A DNA stretch of 64,000 nt from an uncultured delta proteobacterium (GCA_963771175.1 CAVYSY010000039.1:397837-461836); one strand, 5' to 3'. Numbered from the stretch's first letter, positions 24,411-35,140 are shown. Numbers and translations are program-made. The notes: generated by a model from the letters alone, not told the origin.

Positions 24411-25155
24411 GTGGACACCACGCCCGACGGACGCCCTCCCCCATCCGCGTCTTCGTCGTCGAGGATCAGACGAAGATCCTCAAGAACCAGCTCAAGCTGC
24501 TCGAGGGCCACCGGGAGCATCGAGATCGTCGGCACCGCGCTGTCCGGCGAGGCCGCGCTCGAGGAGGTCGCCACGGCCACGCCCGGACGTGCTGCTGCTG
24601 GACCTCGGCCTGCCGCGCATGAGCGGCATCGACGTCACCCGCGCAGGTGAAGGCGCGAGCTGGCCCCAGGTGGAGATCCTCATCTTCACCATCTTCGACG
24701 AGGAGGACAAAGTCCTCGAGGCGGTGAAGGCCGGCGCCTCGGGCTACCTGCTCAAGGGCACGCCCGCGGACAAGATCGTCGAGGCCATCAAGGAGGTGCG
24801 CGCCGGCGGCACCGTCATCCAGCCCAACCTCGCGCGCCGACTGCTGCGCCACTTCCGCGTGGAGCCGGATGCCAGCCCCGTGGCCACCGAGCCCGTCGCC
24901 GCGGCTCCCACCCCGGCGGAGCCGCCCACGCCCACCGAAGCGGCCGAGCCCCTGCTCAAGCCGCTGTCGGACCGCGAGACGGAGATCCTCCAGCTCATCG
25001 CCAAGGGCGTGTCCAACAGCGAGGCGGCCAAGCTGCTCGACCTCTCCAAGGCCACCATCCGCACCCACCTGGAGCACATCTACCGCAAGCTCGAGGTGAC
25101 CAACCGCGTGGAGGCCGTCACCGAGGGCATCCGCAAGGGCCTCATCTCGGTCTGA
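24411..25155 (+). CDS. NarL/LuxR-family response regulator (frameshifted 5' part)
   Basis: LLLDLGLP, GASGYLLK and LSDRETEIL...TIRTHLEHIYRKLEVTNR. Confidence 0.9.
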
Positions 25156-25167
25156 CGGGGTGACGCC

Positions 25168-26787
25168 TCACCAGGAGGCGGTCACTCCCGCGATGATGCT
25201 GGAGAAGGTGTCCTCGGCCACGCCGCCAGTGGTCCAGCCGCGCCGGGTGCCCGCCCCCTCGAAGCGATCGAGGTAGTGCTCCAGCCGGAAGCGCGCGGAG
25301 TAGCCCAGCGGGCCCCAGATGTCGCCCGCCACGCCCAGCTCCGCCGCCCAGCCCAGGCTCGACACCGTCTGGCCGTAGTCGCGCACCTCGGCGATGTACG
25401 AGCCGTCCTCGTCCCCGATCGACTGACCGGGGTTGGGCCGGATGAAGAGCTGGCCCGCGCCCTCGAGGCGCACCGCGCGCACCAGCGGCACCGACACGTC
25501 CACCCCCACCGCCGGATAGAACCGGTGCGTCACGGGCAGCGGGCTCTCCACCGTCTCGTCCACGTCGAAGGACCGGCCGAGCGCTCCCAGTCGGATCCCC
25601 CCGTAGCCCCACGCCGGCTCGCCGGTCTTCCCCAGGTCGAAGAAATAGCGGTACGCGAGCATGGCCCCGTAGGCCGTATCCGTCGCGTAGACCTCGCGCT
25701 CGGGCGTGGAGCCAGAGGGAGAGGACACCTGCACCGTCGTCTTCGCGAAGCTCCGCTGGTAGCCCAGGGTGAGCCCCACGCCCCGCAGCAGCGAGGGCCA
25801 GTGCGACAGGGGGAACACCTCCGCCTCCGCGGCAATCCCCACGTAGGGCGCCGCCGAGCTGAAGTCCGCGATGTCCCCCACCTGCTGCTCCGGAGGCCGC
25901 GCGTCGAACTCGGCGCACGACTCCACGCCCGGCCGCGCGCAGTACTTGCGCCACGTCACCGCTGCACCGAGGAGCACCCTCACCCACGGAGGGGACCTCC
26001 TCTCGACCGACGTGCCCTGAGCGTCGGTCCCCTGCGCCTCGGGAAAGCCTCCGGCGCTGCCAGGGAGCTCCGTGGTGTACGTGTGCGACTCCTCGTCCAG
26101 CTCCGCCCACGCGGGCACGGGCTCCTGCGCCGGCTTGCGCTCGGGCGTGAGCGCCGGTGCGGAGGCGACCCCCGGTGACGGCGACTCCGGCTCCAGCGAC
26201 CTGGGTGGCTCCACCGCCTCGGGCTCACCCTGGGCCACCGCCTGGGACTCGGGGGCTGGCTGCACCGTGGGTTCCGGCTCCGGCGTGGGCTGGGCCACGG
26301 GCTCGGGCTCGGGCCGAGGCGCGGGGGCGGGCTGATTCGCCGCCTTCACCGCGGAGGCCACGGCCAGGGCGAGATGCTGGGCCTCCTCCCGCGGGAGCAG
26401 CCCGCGCTTCAGCAGGTACTCGCCGGCCCAGACCTCCCGGCCGTCCCGGGCCACGAGCCGGGCGATGAAGGTCTCCCCCGCCGAGCCCGTGAGGACCGCA
26501 TCCACCTTGAGCTTCGTCGCCAGGCGCGTCACCCCCTCGGGAGCCACGGCGGCGGGGCCGCGCAGACCCAGCTTCACGGCCGCCTTCCCATAGGCCGCGG
26601 GCGGCAGCACCTGCACCTTGCGCGTCTTGCGCAGCGCCGCCGTCACCTGGGCGCGGAGCCGATGATTCTTGTCCCCCTCGAGCGTGGAGACGGCCACGCG
26701 CTCGGCGAGTGCGATCTGCGAGGTGAGCAGCACGGCCAGGGCCAGCGACACGCCCCAGCGACACATCCAGGATCCAGAGGCCTTCAT
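25168..26787 (-). CDS. Exported protein with a Pro/Glu-rich linker and C-terminal beta-barrel-like domain
   Basis: Signal peptide, PEPEP linker, alternating beta-strands and a terminal Trp. Confidence 0.7.
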   Translation of the reverse strand: MKASGSWMCRWGVSLALAVLLTSQIALAERVAVSTLEGDKNHRLRAQVTAALRKTRKVQVLPPAAYGKAAVKLGLRGPAAVAPEGVTRLATKLKVDAVLTGSAGETFIARLVARDGREVWAGEYLLKRGLLPREEAQHLALAVASAVKAANQPAPAPRPEPEPVAQPTPEPEPTVQPAPESQAVAQGEPEAVEPPRSLEPESPSPGVASAPALTPERKPAQEPVPAWAELDEESHTYTTELPGSAGGFPEAQGTDAQGTSVERRSPPWVRVLLGAAVTWRKYCARPGVESCAEFDARPPEQQVGDIADFSSAAPYVGIAAEAEVFPLSHWPSLLRGVGLTLGYQRSFAKTTVQVSSPSGSTPEREVYATDTAYGAMLAYRYFFDLGKTGEPAWGYGGIRLGALGRSFDVDETVESPLPVTHRFYPAVGVDVSVPLVRAVRLEGAGQLFIRPNPGQSIGDEDGSYIAEVRDYGQTVSSLGWAAELGVAGDIWGPLGYSARFRLEHYLDRFEGAGTRRGWTTGGVAEDTFSSIIAGVTASW

Positions 26788-26840
26788 GGATGCCCGGCAG
26801 CCTCACCCACCGCGCGGGCCCTTGTCCAGACTCGCGCGTC

Positions 26841-27959
26841 TCAGCCCTCGACGATGGAGGGCGTGGGCTCGGCCACTGGCTGCGCCACCGGCTCGGCGGA
26901 GGGCTTGAGCGGCGGGGTCGACCGGAGCCCCAGGAAGTCACGCCGGTAGATGCGCACCATGGCCATGAAGAGCGAGGCGATGAGCGGCCCCACCAGCAGC
27001 CCCATCATCCCGAACACCGCCAACCCGCCGAACATGGAGAGGAAGACGAGCAGCGGGTGGAGTGCCATCCGCGAGCCACACAGCTTCGGCCGCAGCACGT
27101 TGTCGATGCTGCTCACCACGAAGGCGCCCCAGGCCAGCAGGAAGACGCCCTCGTTCACCTTGCCGGTCACCAGCAGCACCACGCCGATGGGCCCCCAGAC
27201 GAGCGCCGTGCCCCCCACCGGCACCATCGCCACCAGCACCATGGCCGCGCCCCACACTCCCGCGTGCGGCACCCGCGCCAGCATCAGCCCCACCGTCCCC
27301 ATCGCCCCCTGCACCAGCGCGGTGATGGTGTTGCCATAGACGATGGCGTGCGCCACGTCGGTGAACTCCTGCGCGAACGCCTGGATGTAGCGCTTGTCGA
27401 GCGGGATGAGCCGGGTCGCCTCGGACCACAGGCGGCGGCCGTCGAGGAAGAAGTAGTACATGGCGACCGTCATCAGGAACAGGTCGACGACCAGCTCGGT
27501 GCCGGCGCCCAGCACGTCCTTGAGGACGGAGGCCCCGCTGGCCACCGCGCTCATCAGCGCCTGATCCGCCGGCGAGCCCTCCACGGGGGCATAGCGCCGC
27601 AGCCCGCGGGGCAGACTCGCCACGAGCTGCTGGCGCAGGTCCACCCGGTCGAGCAGCTCCTGCGCGTGCACCATCAGCCCGAGCACCTCGCGCGCCACCA
27701 GCCACCCCACCACCGCCAGCGGCACGAGGATGAGCAGGAAGACCGCCACGGTGGACAGGCCCGCGCACAGCGAGGGATGGCCCCGCAGCCGGCTGCGACA
27801 CAGAGCGTCCTGCAGGGGCCGGAACAGCACCACCAGGAAGCCGCCCAACAGCACCGGCATCAGGAAAGGAAGAAGGATCCTCGAGAAGAGGACCAACGCC
27901 AGGGCGAAGAGCCCGGCGAAGATAAGATTGGACCAACGCTTCGTGTCGAGCCCCGTCAC
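26841..27959 (-). CDS. AI-2E family transporter
   Basis: Multi-TM protein with YYFFLDG, IDNVLRP and GGLAVFGMMGLLVGP. Confidence 0.9.
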   Translation of the reverse strand: MTGLDTKRWSNLIFAGLFALALVLFSRILLPFLMPVLLGGFLVVLFRPLQDALCRSRLRGHPSLCAGLSTVAVFLLILVPLAVVGWLVAREVLGLMVHAQELLDRVDLRQQLVASLPRGLRRYAPVEGSPADQALMSAVASGASVLKDVLGAGTELVVDLFLMTVAMYYFFLDGRRLWSEATRLIPLDKRYIQAFAQEFTDVAHAIVYGNTITALVQGAMGTVGLMLARVPHAGVWGAAMVLVAMVPVGGTALVWGPIGVVLLVTGKVNEGVFLLAWGAFVVSSIDNVLRPKLCGSRMALHPLLVFLSMFGGLAVFGMMGLLVGPLIASLFMAMVRIYRRDFLGLRSTPPLKPSAEPVAQPVAEPTPSIVEG

Positions 27960-28068
27960 GCCGCCACCCCTCCGCCCACACTCACGCAAACCGCCCCGGA
28001 CATGACAAAAGGTAGGAACGTCGTTTTCCTACCGGAAGTCCGGGCCCCCTCTCCGAGGTACACGATCC

Positions 28069-28563
28069 ATGACTTCTGGACGCTTCTGGTTCCCCACCTG
28101 CACCTTCATGCTCGCGGGCACACTGCTGGCGGCCTCGCAGGGATGCGGTGGCGGCGGCTCGCCCTGCTCCGAGTGTCCACCCCTCGAGGGCCGCTATGCC
28201 CTGGAGTGGCAGGAGGACCCCCTGCCCACGGCCTGCAACGGGCTGACGGTGACACTGCCCGTGGGGCCCCTGGACGTGCAGCAGCGGGGCAGCAACGTCA
28301 CCGCCACGCTGGACGGCTTGACGCTCCGCGGCACGCTCTACACGACCTACAACTTCAACCTGGTGGGGTTCGCCGACGGGACGGCGGATGGCGGCACCGG
28401 AGGACCTGACTCGGCGAGCCTGTCCGGACGCTACATCCCGGTCATCAGGGACGGAGGCGTGCCCCGACTGGAGGGAAACTGGCTGGGGGACTTCTCGGGC
28501 GCCAACGGAGGCGGCACCCGGCACTGCACGGTGACCCGCTCCTTCACGGCCACCCCCGAGTAG
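28069..28563 (+). CDS. Lipoprotein, hypothetical
   Basis: Signal peptide ending SQGC, followed by a 164-aa intact frame. Confidence 0.65.
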   Translation: MTSGRFWFPTCTFMLAGTLLAASQGCGGGGSPCSECPPLEGRYALEWQEDPLPTACNGLTVTLPVGPLDVQQRGSNVTATLDGLTLRGTLYTTYNFNLVGFADGTADGGTGGPDSASLSGRYIPVIRDGGVPRLEGNWLGDFSGANGGGTRHCTVTRSFTATPE

Positions 28564-28612
28564 GCAGGCAGGCGTCCACGTGGGGAGCGGGTCCAAACGG
28601 ACCGAGAGGAAG

Positions 28613-28720
28613 TTACTTCTTCTCTTCGGCCGCCTTGGCCGCCTTGCGCTTCAGCTGGCGCTTCCACTTCGCCTTGATCTGGTGCTGCACGCGGCGGTGC
28701 TTGCTCTTGCTGCGGGCCAT
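28613..28720 (-). CDS. 35-aa highly basic small protein
   Basis: MARSKSKHRRVQHQIKAKWKRQLKRKAAKAAEEKK*. AGGAGA RBS 7 nt upstream and near-complete GC3 codon bias. Below the ORF-track cutoff. Confidence 0.75.
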   Translation of the reverse strand: MARSKSKHRRVQHQIKAKWKRQLKRKAAKAAEEKK

Positions 28721-28759
28721 GTAGGTGTCTCCTGATGTGGGAGTAAGAAAGAAGGGCGC

Positions 28760-30096
28760 CTAACTACCAGAACTTCCCCCAGAAGAGGAGTCCTCGATGT
28801 CATCGGGGGCCGGACGGGTGGGATAGGGGATGCCCTCCGCCCCCCGGACCTCGGTGGGAAGCACGGCCCCGGCCCTCACCTCGCCCTCCTTGTCCACGTC
28901 GGCGGGCTTGTCGCGGGCCACCGGGGCGCTCGTCTGCTGGGGGCGCTTCTTCACCGAGGCGAAGATGGGCCGACAGGCGTCCACGAAGCGCCGCACCTCG
29001 TCCAGCGGCAGCGCCGGGACGGAGTTGTCGTTCACCCCCTTCATGGTGGTGGCCATGCACATGGAGTTGAGGATGGCCTCCTCGGTGGCCTCCATGACGG
29101 CCTCGTAGAGGGGGTCCAGCCGCTGATCCAGGAGGATCTTCAGCTTGTAGACCATCTTCTGGGTGCGCCTGGGGATGATGTTGGCGGTGGAGAAGCCCAC
29201 CACGATCTCCCCCGAGCCGTGCGCCGCGTAGCTGCCCACCCGGCCGATGCCCAGCGACACGCGCTTGCACAGGCGGTTGATCTGATGGCTGCAGCAGCGG
29301 CGCGTCCGTGGCCACCACGGCGATGATGGAGCCGTACGTCTGCCCGCGCCGGGGCGCGTCCTTGAACTTCTCGGCGAGCACCTCGCCCACGGGCAGGCCG
29401 CCCACGCGCAGGTTGTGCATCTTCCCGAAGTTGGACATCACCAGCACGCCCAGGGTGTAGCCGCCGAGCGCCTCGGGCAGCTTGCGCGAGGAGGTGCCGA
29501 TGCCGCCCTTGAAGTCGCACGTCACCATGCCGGTGCCACCGCCCACGTTGCCCTCGGCCACCGGGCCGCTTCGAGGCGTTGCGGATGGCCTCGAAGACGT
29601 GCTCGTCGCGCACGTGCCGGCCGGAGATGTCGTTGAGGTAGCTGTCGTCGCACTCGCCGACGATCGGGATGATGACGTCGTGCTCGTCGCCGATGCCCGG
29701 GTACTGCTCCACCATGTGGCGGGCCACCGCGTCGGACACCGCGCCCACGGACATGGTGTTGGTGAGGAGGATGGGCGTCTCGATCAGCCCCCACTCCATG
29801 ACCTGCGTCATGCCGGAGACCTCGCCGGCGCCGTTGAGCACGAAGCCGCCGCCGTTCATGCGCTCCATGAAGATGTTGCCCAGGTTGGGCAGGATGGCGG
29901 TGACGCCGGTGCGCACCGGCCCATGCCCGGGCCTCAGCGGACCCTCGCCCCGGATGATGGTGCTGTGCCCGACCAGCACGCCCTCCACGTCGGTGATGGC
30001 GTTGTACCGGCCGGTCTTGAAGCGGCCCAGCGGGATGCCCAGCTCCCGGGCTCGGACGCGCTTCTCGGGGGACTCGGTCTCGGGTGGGTTGACCAT
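28760..30096 (-). CDS. DmpA-family (peptidase S58/P1) aminopeptidase (frameshifted)
   Basis: RARELGI, NAITDVEGVLVGH, NGAGE, EGNVGGGTGM, FKGGIGTSSR, GSIIAVVATDAPL and HGSGE. Confidence 0.88.
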
Positions 30097-30171
30097 GAGG
30101 CACGACCCTAGCCGAGGCCCGCTCATGGTCAATCGCTCGATGCGCACTCTGGCCACCGCCAACGCCCTTGG

Positions 30172-31299
30172 CTACTCCGAGCCCCAGGAGCCCTTGCGGA
30201 TGAGGCCATCGTTCTTGCTGGAGGTGAGCTCATGGGCCACGACGTCCTGCCCCTCGTTCAAGGGCCAGTAGCCCACGAGGCCCGACTCGTCCCCCTCGAG
30301 GGTGCGGTTCATGTCCTCTTTGATCTCCTGCTGGCCCCGGGGAATGCTCCAGATGCGCACGTCCCGGATGTCCCCCTGGAAGAAGCGCTCGCGACCGCCG
30401 CCCCTGGCACCAATGCCCCAGGGCGCATCCACGAAGAAGGTACCGAGCGGATGGGGCGTGGAGGCCGCCAGCTCCCCATCACGGTAGAGGAGCCACCGCG
30501 CGCCGTCGTAGACCCCGGCCAGGTGGACCCACCGGCCCACGTCCGAGGAGGGCACGTCGAAGCTCGTGGAGAAGTCCTGCCCGTTGAAGGAGCCGACCTG
30601 GTATTTCCCGCTGTTGATGCGAAGGAAGACCTCGGCGGGGGGAGAGTTGGTGTGCCCGTGGGTCACGATGTTGCGAAGGAAGTTCAGGGCCCTCGGACGG
30701 ACCCACGCCTCGATCGTGATGGGGCCGAAGAAGATCAGCTCGTTCGGGTTGCCCAGCTCGACGTAGGACTCCTTCCCATCAAGTCGGAGGAACGCCTTCT
30801 TCGCCGCGGGCTGCTCCACCGGGGGCCCCGAGCCTCCGACGCCTTCGTCGCCGCGGCCGCGTAGCAGGAGGACGGTGGTCAGCGCGATGAAGAGGATGCC
30901 AGCGGCCAGGGCGATCCACGGCAGCGGCAACTTCTTCTTCGGCGCCGGGGCCTGGGGAAGTGGAACCTGGACGCTCGCCGAGGGCCCGACGGCGAACTCC
31001 TCATCGGGATTGGCCACGTTCACCACGGACAGATGGAACGCGTACTGCCCCTGGGGAGTGCCGGACGGGACGGCCACCCGCACGGTGTATTGATGGGTGC
31101 CATCGGGGGGGAAATCGCGCTCGGGCTCCCCGTCGAGCACCAACCACTCCCTCGGTGTCGATCCTTCGGGCTCGACCACGGCGCGGCCCCGGACCGGTCG
31201 CCCGAGGGCATTCGAAACCGTGAAGGTGAGCTCACCCTGGCCCGTCCCATTCAGTCGGATCGAAGGAGTGGACGTGGTGATGGCGAAAACGCGGAACAT
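30172..31299 (-). CDS. Membrane-anchored protein with an N-terminal Ig-like domain and C-terminal LamG/concanavalin-like domain
   Basis: Central TM helix, ITIEAWVRP, WVHLAGVYDG, FQGDIRDVRIW and GLVGYWPLNEG. Confidence 0.8.
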   Translation of the reverse strand: MFRVFAITTSTPSIRLNGTGQGELTFTVSNALGRPVRGRAVVEPEGSTPREWLVLDGEPERDFPPDGTHQYTVRVAVPSGTPQGQYAFHLSVVNVANPDEEFAVGPSASVQVPLPQAPAPKKKLPLPWIALAAGILFIALTTVLLLRGRGDEGVGGSGPPVEQPAAKKAFLRLDGKESYVELGNPNELIFFGPITIEAWVRPRALNFLRNIVTHGHTNSPPAEVFLRINSGKYQVGSFNGQDFSTSFDVPSSDVGRWVHLAGVYDGARWLLYRDGELAASTPHPLGTFFVDAPWGIGARGGGRERFFQGDIRDVRIWSIPRGQQEIKEDMNRTLEGDESGLVGYWPLNEGQDVVAHELTSSKNDGLIRKGSWGSE

Positions 31300-31589
31300 G
31301 TGTGTCTCCCTGGAGCCCCGTTACACATGGGTGGAGCCCCATCAGGGAAAGTGGAGAGGGTCCGGCCCGCATGTGACTGCCCTGGGCGGAAGTCAGCCCC
31401 TGCGAGCAGAGGGGCGGTCGCCCGAGGCGTTGCTGGGCACGCAGGTGCGCGCGGGCCCGGTGCCTCACCTCCCCGTCGAGGCACCGGGATGAGGCTCGGA
31501 ACCAGAGCGCAACACCCTCGCCCGCTGGCCGTTCTCCAGCGAGACAATCTAGTGTGCGGTCCTCCACCTCGAAGCCCGACGGAGACCCC

Positions 31590-33045
31590 TTGGACGCAAC
31601 CCATCCGCCAGGAGCGCGCGTGCGCTGGCTCATCGCCGGAGCCTTCCACCCCTCGCCCTCGGGCCGCCGGTTCCTCCTCACCGGGGACTCCTTCAACGAG
31701 CAACTCCGGCGCGCCGCGAGCGGGCTGAGCATCACCGTCGAGGACCGCATCGGCTCCGGCGACGCGATCTCCCATGAGGTGTCCTTCGACAGGCTGGCCG
31801 CCTTCCAGCTCTCCGAGGTCATCGACTCGATACCGGATCTGCGCGCCCTGCGTTCCGCCCTCGCGGCGCTCTCCGGCTCGAGGCCCCTTGGCCCCGAGGA
31901 GACCGCCCGCCTCCAGTCCGCCATGACCCCGGGCCGCCTGTCCGCCGACGTGGCCGAGGCCCTTCGCGGCCAGCGCTCGCCGCAGGACGCCCGCCACGCC
32001 GTACTCACCACCATCGAAGAGGCCCTCTTCGCCACCGCGCGCGACATCCTCCAGCATCCGGTCGTGGCGCGGCTGGAGTCCGCGTGGCGAGGGCTGCACT
32101 GGCTGTTGGAGCACTGCCCCGCCTCGGCCGGCATGGAGCTCGAGGTGCTCGACGTGGGGCCCCACCAGCTCCTGGACGCCCTCGGGGAGTGCCTCGGCGA
32201 GTCTCCCCTCCAGCGCCCCGATGCGTGCTTCATCCTCGAAGCGGGCGACGACGTGGACACCTTGCGCCAGCTCGCGACCCTGGGCGAGCAGACCTGGCTG
32301 CCCATGGTGGTGACCATGCCCCCTTCCCTCCTCGGGGACGGACAGCGGCCCGTCGGCGAGAAGAAGGAGGCCCGCCCGCCGGAAGCGTGGAGCCGGCTGC
32401 GCGCTGAAGAGTCCTCGCGCTGGCTGTGCGCCGCCCTCAACCCCGTGGTGATGATGGCCGAGCAGCGGGGAGAGGTGCGCCGCGAGTGCTTCACCAGCCC
32501 CGTGCTCGCAGTGGCGGCCCTGCTGGCGGCCAGCTTCCGAGACACGCACACCTTCGCCCGAGTCGTGGGACCGGGAAGCGGGACGCGAGCACCCGCCGTG
32601 TGGCGACCCAATGAACGCGCGACCGTGGCGACCGAGGTGGGCCTCTCCCTGCATGAGCAGGAGCGACTGGCCGCGAGGGGACTGGCGGGCGTGAGCGGCT
32701 GGTGGGACTCGGACGCCGTGCTGCTGGCGGCGGCCCCCACCGTGTATGGCGGCCGAGATGCCACGACACTCGCCGCGCAGCTCCTCACCGGCCGCATCGT
32801 CCGCCTCGCCGAGGAACTGGCCGAGCGTCTCCCCGTCGGCGCCAGCCCTGACGCGGTGTCCGCCGCTCTTCACCCGAGCCGCCGAGGCGTTCCTCCCCGC
32901 GGGCCGGGGGCAGAGCTGCCAGCTTCACGGGAGGGTGGTGCCCACCGGCAACGGAGAGCGGGGCGTGCATGTTCGCGCCTCGCTGCGGCCCGAACTGGCG
33001 GGCACCCACGTGCAGCTGGAGTTCACCCTGCCGCTGCGAGGGTGA
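31590..33045 (+). CDS. Fused TssB-like plus TssC-like sheath-related protein (frameshift near 32860)
   Basis: N-terminal part resembles TssB (RWLIAGAF...VEDRIG...VSFDRLAAF..SEVIDSIPDLRAL). It is followed by a TssC-like segment (RDILQHPVVARLESAWRGLHWLL...LEVLDV). TTG start after GGAG. Confidence 0.7.
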
Positions 33046-33180
33046 GACCGGGGAGGCTCATCCCGCCCAGGGAAGACCGTCGGTCTTCTCCGCGAGCCGA
33101 ACGCTGGGAGCGTCGCGAGCGGATGGCGTCAAGATGTGAAATGATGGCCTTCACGCTCCGTGCGAGGGAGGACCCATCCG

Positions 33181-35112
33181 GTGAGGACGGCATTCCAGGA
33201 AGAGCTCCAGCTCGAGCTGACGCTCACCATTGGTGGCAGGTCCTTCACCATTCCCGGCGGCCAGGTGAAACACCTGGCCGTGCACCTGGCCAACCACGGC
33301 TTCACCGCCTCGGTCACTTTCTGGACCTCGCTGGAGAAGAAGGACGCGCCGCTCTTCACCGCCTTCCAGAAGCCGGACCTCGTCCAGGTGCGGCTGGCCG
33401 TGTCCGCGGTGGATCCCGAGCTCGACTCGCCGCCCGCGCCGCTCGTGCTCCAGGGCCTCGTCCGCAGCCGCCGCCTCGTGGCCGAGACCCACGGTGCCAC
33501 CAAGGGCTCCGATCGCGTCTTCCGCCGCTACACCATCGAGTTCGCCGACGCCGCCCAGGTCCTCTGGCGCCAGCACCGCCCCGTCGAGCTGCTCACCGAC
33601 ATCTCGATGCAGGAGGTGCTCGACGCCCACAAGGCCACCCTCCAGCTCTCCTACGACTGGGCAGTGCTCCGACAGAAGCAACCCATGCTGTGCCTCGCGC
33701 TGGGCGCCGACGCCCCCGAGGTGAGCTTCTACGACTTCGTCCTCTGGTACGTGGCCGCGAACAACGGCGTCTGGAGCTACGACAGCCAGAAGAACGAATA
33801 CCTGCTGGCCGACAGCAAGCCCTCCTCGGGCCAGGCGGCCCCGCTGGGCCCCCTCCGGGTGGACAACACGCAGGTGCATCTGCCGCCGCCCATCCGCCAC
33901 GGCACCCGCGTGCTCAACGCCCTGGCCAATGGGCCCACCACCGCGGCGCTCGAGCAGAACCAGGCCGTCGCCGGCGTGTCCCACGACGTGATGCTGCGCA
34001 CGCCCCTCACCTCCGAGGCCGAACAGCGGCAGAAGCTGGAGAAGACACGCCTGCAGGTGCGGCAGCGCCAGCTCCAGGTGTCCTTCAAGAGGTTCCCCGC
34101 GGTGGACGTCTTCCCCGGCGCGCTGCTGCGCCTGGAGGGCTCGCTCTGGCCCTCGGCGTTGACGGGGCTCGACGAGGACATGCGGGTGCTCGAGCTGGAC
34201 CTGGAGGCCCACGCCACGAGCGAGGGCAAGCATGACAAGCAGCAGACCCCCTCGGCCCAGTACCAGGTGCTCCTGGGGGTACGGCTGGAGTCCGCCTCCG
34301 ACCCGGCGGTCACCCTGCCCCCCTACCGCACCCCGCGCTACCCCATCCATGTCGAGGGTCTGGTGCACAGTCCCGGCGGAGAGCCCACGGACCGGCGCTA
34401 CCTCATCGTCGAGGACGAGAAGACCTCCCTCAACTCCTTCCGGATGACGGTGCCACTGTGGAACCAGACGGTGAGCGTGCCCGCCGAGCCGATCCACTTC
34501 CCCGGCCACTTCTTCTTCCCTCCGTACAAGAACACGCGGGTGATGGTGGCGCTCCACTTCGAGCGCGCCGAGCTGATCCGCTTCCTCGACTGGAAGGAAG
34601 GCGTGCGCACGCCCCAGGACGGACAGGGCGATCAGGTGCTGCTCGGCTGGAACAAGACGAGCCAGACGGCCATGACGCACGACTTCCAGGACGACAAACC
34701 GGTGTGGCGCATGCATCGCACCTCCGGGGGTGACACGCAGGTCGTCCGCATGGGGGAGGGCCACCTCTTCATCCAGGTGAAAGAGACGCCCAGCGGAGGC
34801 TCCCCCACCCCCACCTACGATGTCTCGCCCCAGGTGCAGGCCGCCAAGGGAGACCTCTCGTCGGCGGTGGGGGGCGCCATCGGGGAGACCTCGGCCGCCT
34901 ACCAGGGCGCGATGGCCGCCGTGCGTGCGAAGATGAAGAGCGCCCAGGCGGAGGCGAAGGCGGCGCTCAGCGGAGCTCGGGCCGAAGTGGGTGGCAAGGT
35001 GGCGGAGGCCAAGAGCGGGCTCCAGGGGGCGACGTCTCGGCTGTCCCAGGGCGTGAGCAAGCTCTCGGGGACGGCGGAGGCGGCCAAGGCGTCACTCAAG
35101 AAGCTGCTGTGA
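33181..35112 (+). CDS. VgrG-hub-like spike protein, paralogue 2, with a C-terminal helical extension
   Basis: Colinear with 45118..46771 (LTLTIGG, LWRQH.P, SFYD.VLWYV, PGHF.FP.YK, RFLDW, PQDGQG, IQVKE), plus ~105 extra Ala/Lys-rich residues. Confidence 0.75.
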   Translation: MRTAFQEELQLELTLTIGGRSFTIPGGQVKHLAVHLANHGFTASVTFWTSLEKKDAPLFTAFQKPDLVQVRLAVSAVDPELDSPPAPLVLQGLVRSRRLVAETHGATKGSDRVFRRYTIEFADAAQVLWRQHRPVELLTDISMQEVLDAHKATLQLSYDWAVLRQKQPMLCLALGADAPEVSFYDFVLWYVAANNGVWSYDSQKNEYLLADSKPSSGQAAPLGPLRVDNTQVHLPPPIRHGTRVLNALANGPTTAALEQNQAVAGVSHDVMLRTPLTSEAEQRQKLEKTRLQVRQRQLQVSFKRFPAVDVFPGALLRLEGSLWPSALTGLDEDMRVLELDLEAHATSEGKHDKQQTPSAQYQVLLGVRLESASDPAVTLPPYRTPRYPIHVEGLVHSPGGEPTDRRYLIVEDEKTSLNSFRMTVPLWNQTVSVPAEPIHFPGHFFFPPYKNTRVMVALHFERAELIRFLDWKEGVRTPQDGQGDQVLLGWNKTSQTAMTHDFQDDKPVWRMHRTSGGDTQVVRMGEGHLFIQVKETPSGGSPTPTYDVSPQVQAAKGDLSSAVGGAIGETSAAYQGAMAAVRAKMKSAQAEAKAALSGARAEVGGKVAEAKSGLQGATSRLSQGVSKLSGTAEAAKASLKKLL

Positions 35113-35140
35113 GCAACGAACCGACGGACGGAGCAGACCC

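Noticed and set aside
31434..31449. Possible sigma54 promoter CTGGGCACGCAGGTGC upstream of the accessory operon
   Set aside because: It fits GG-N10-GC only loosely and lacks TTGC, so a chance match is likely in GC-rich DNA.
31554..34235. 893-aa ORF read as a single protein
   Set aside because: It is an artefact of a frameshift near 32860. The real C-terminus is in ORF 32746..33045, and the rest overlaps the hub gene out of frame.
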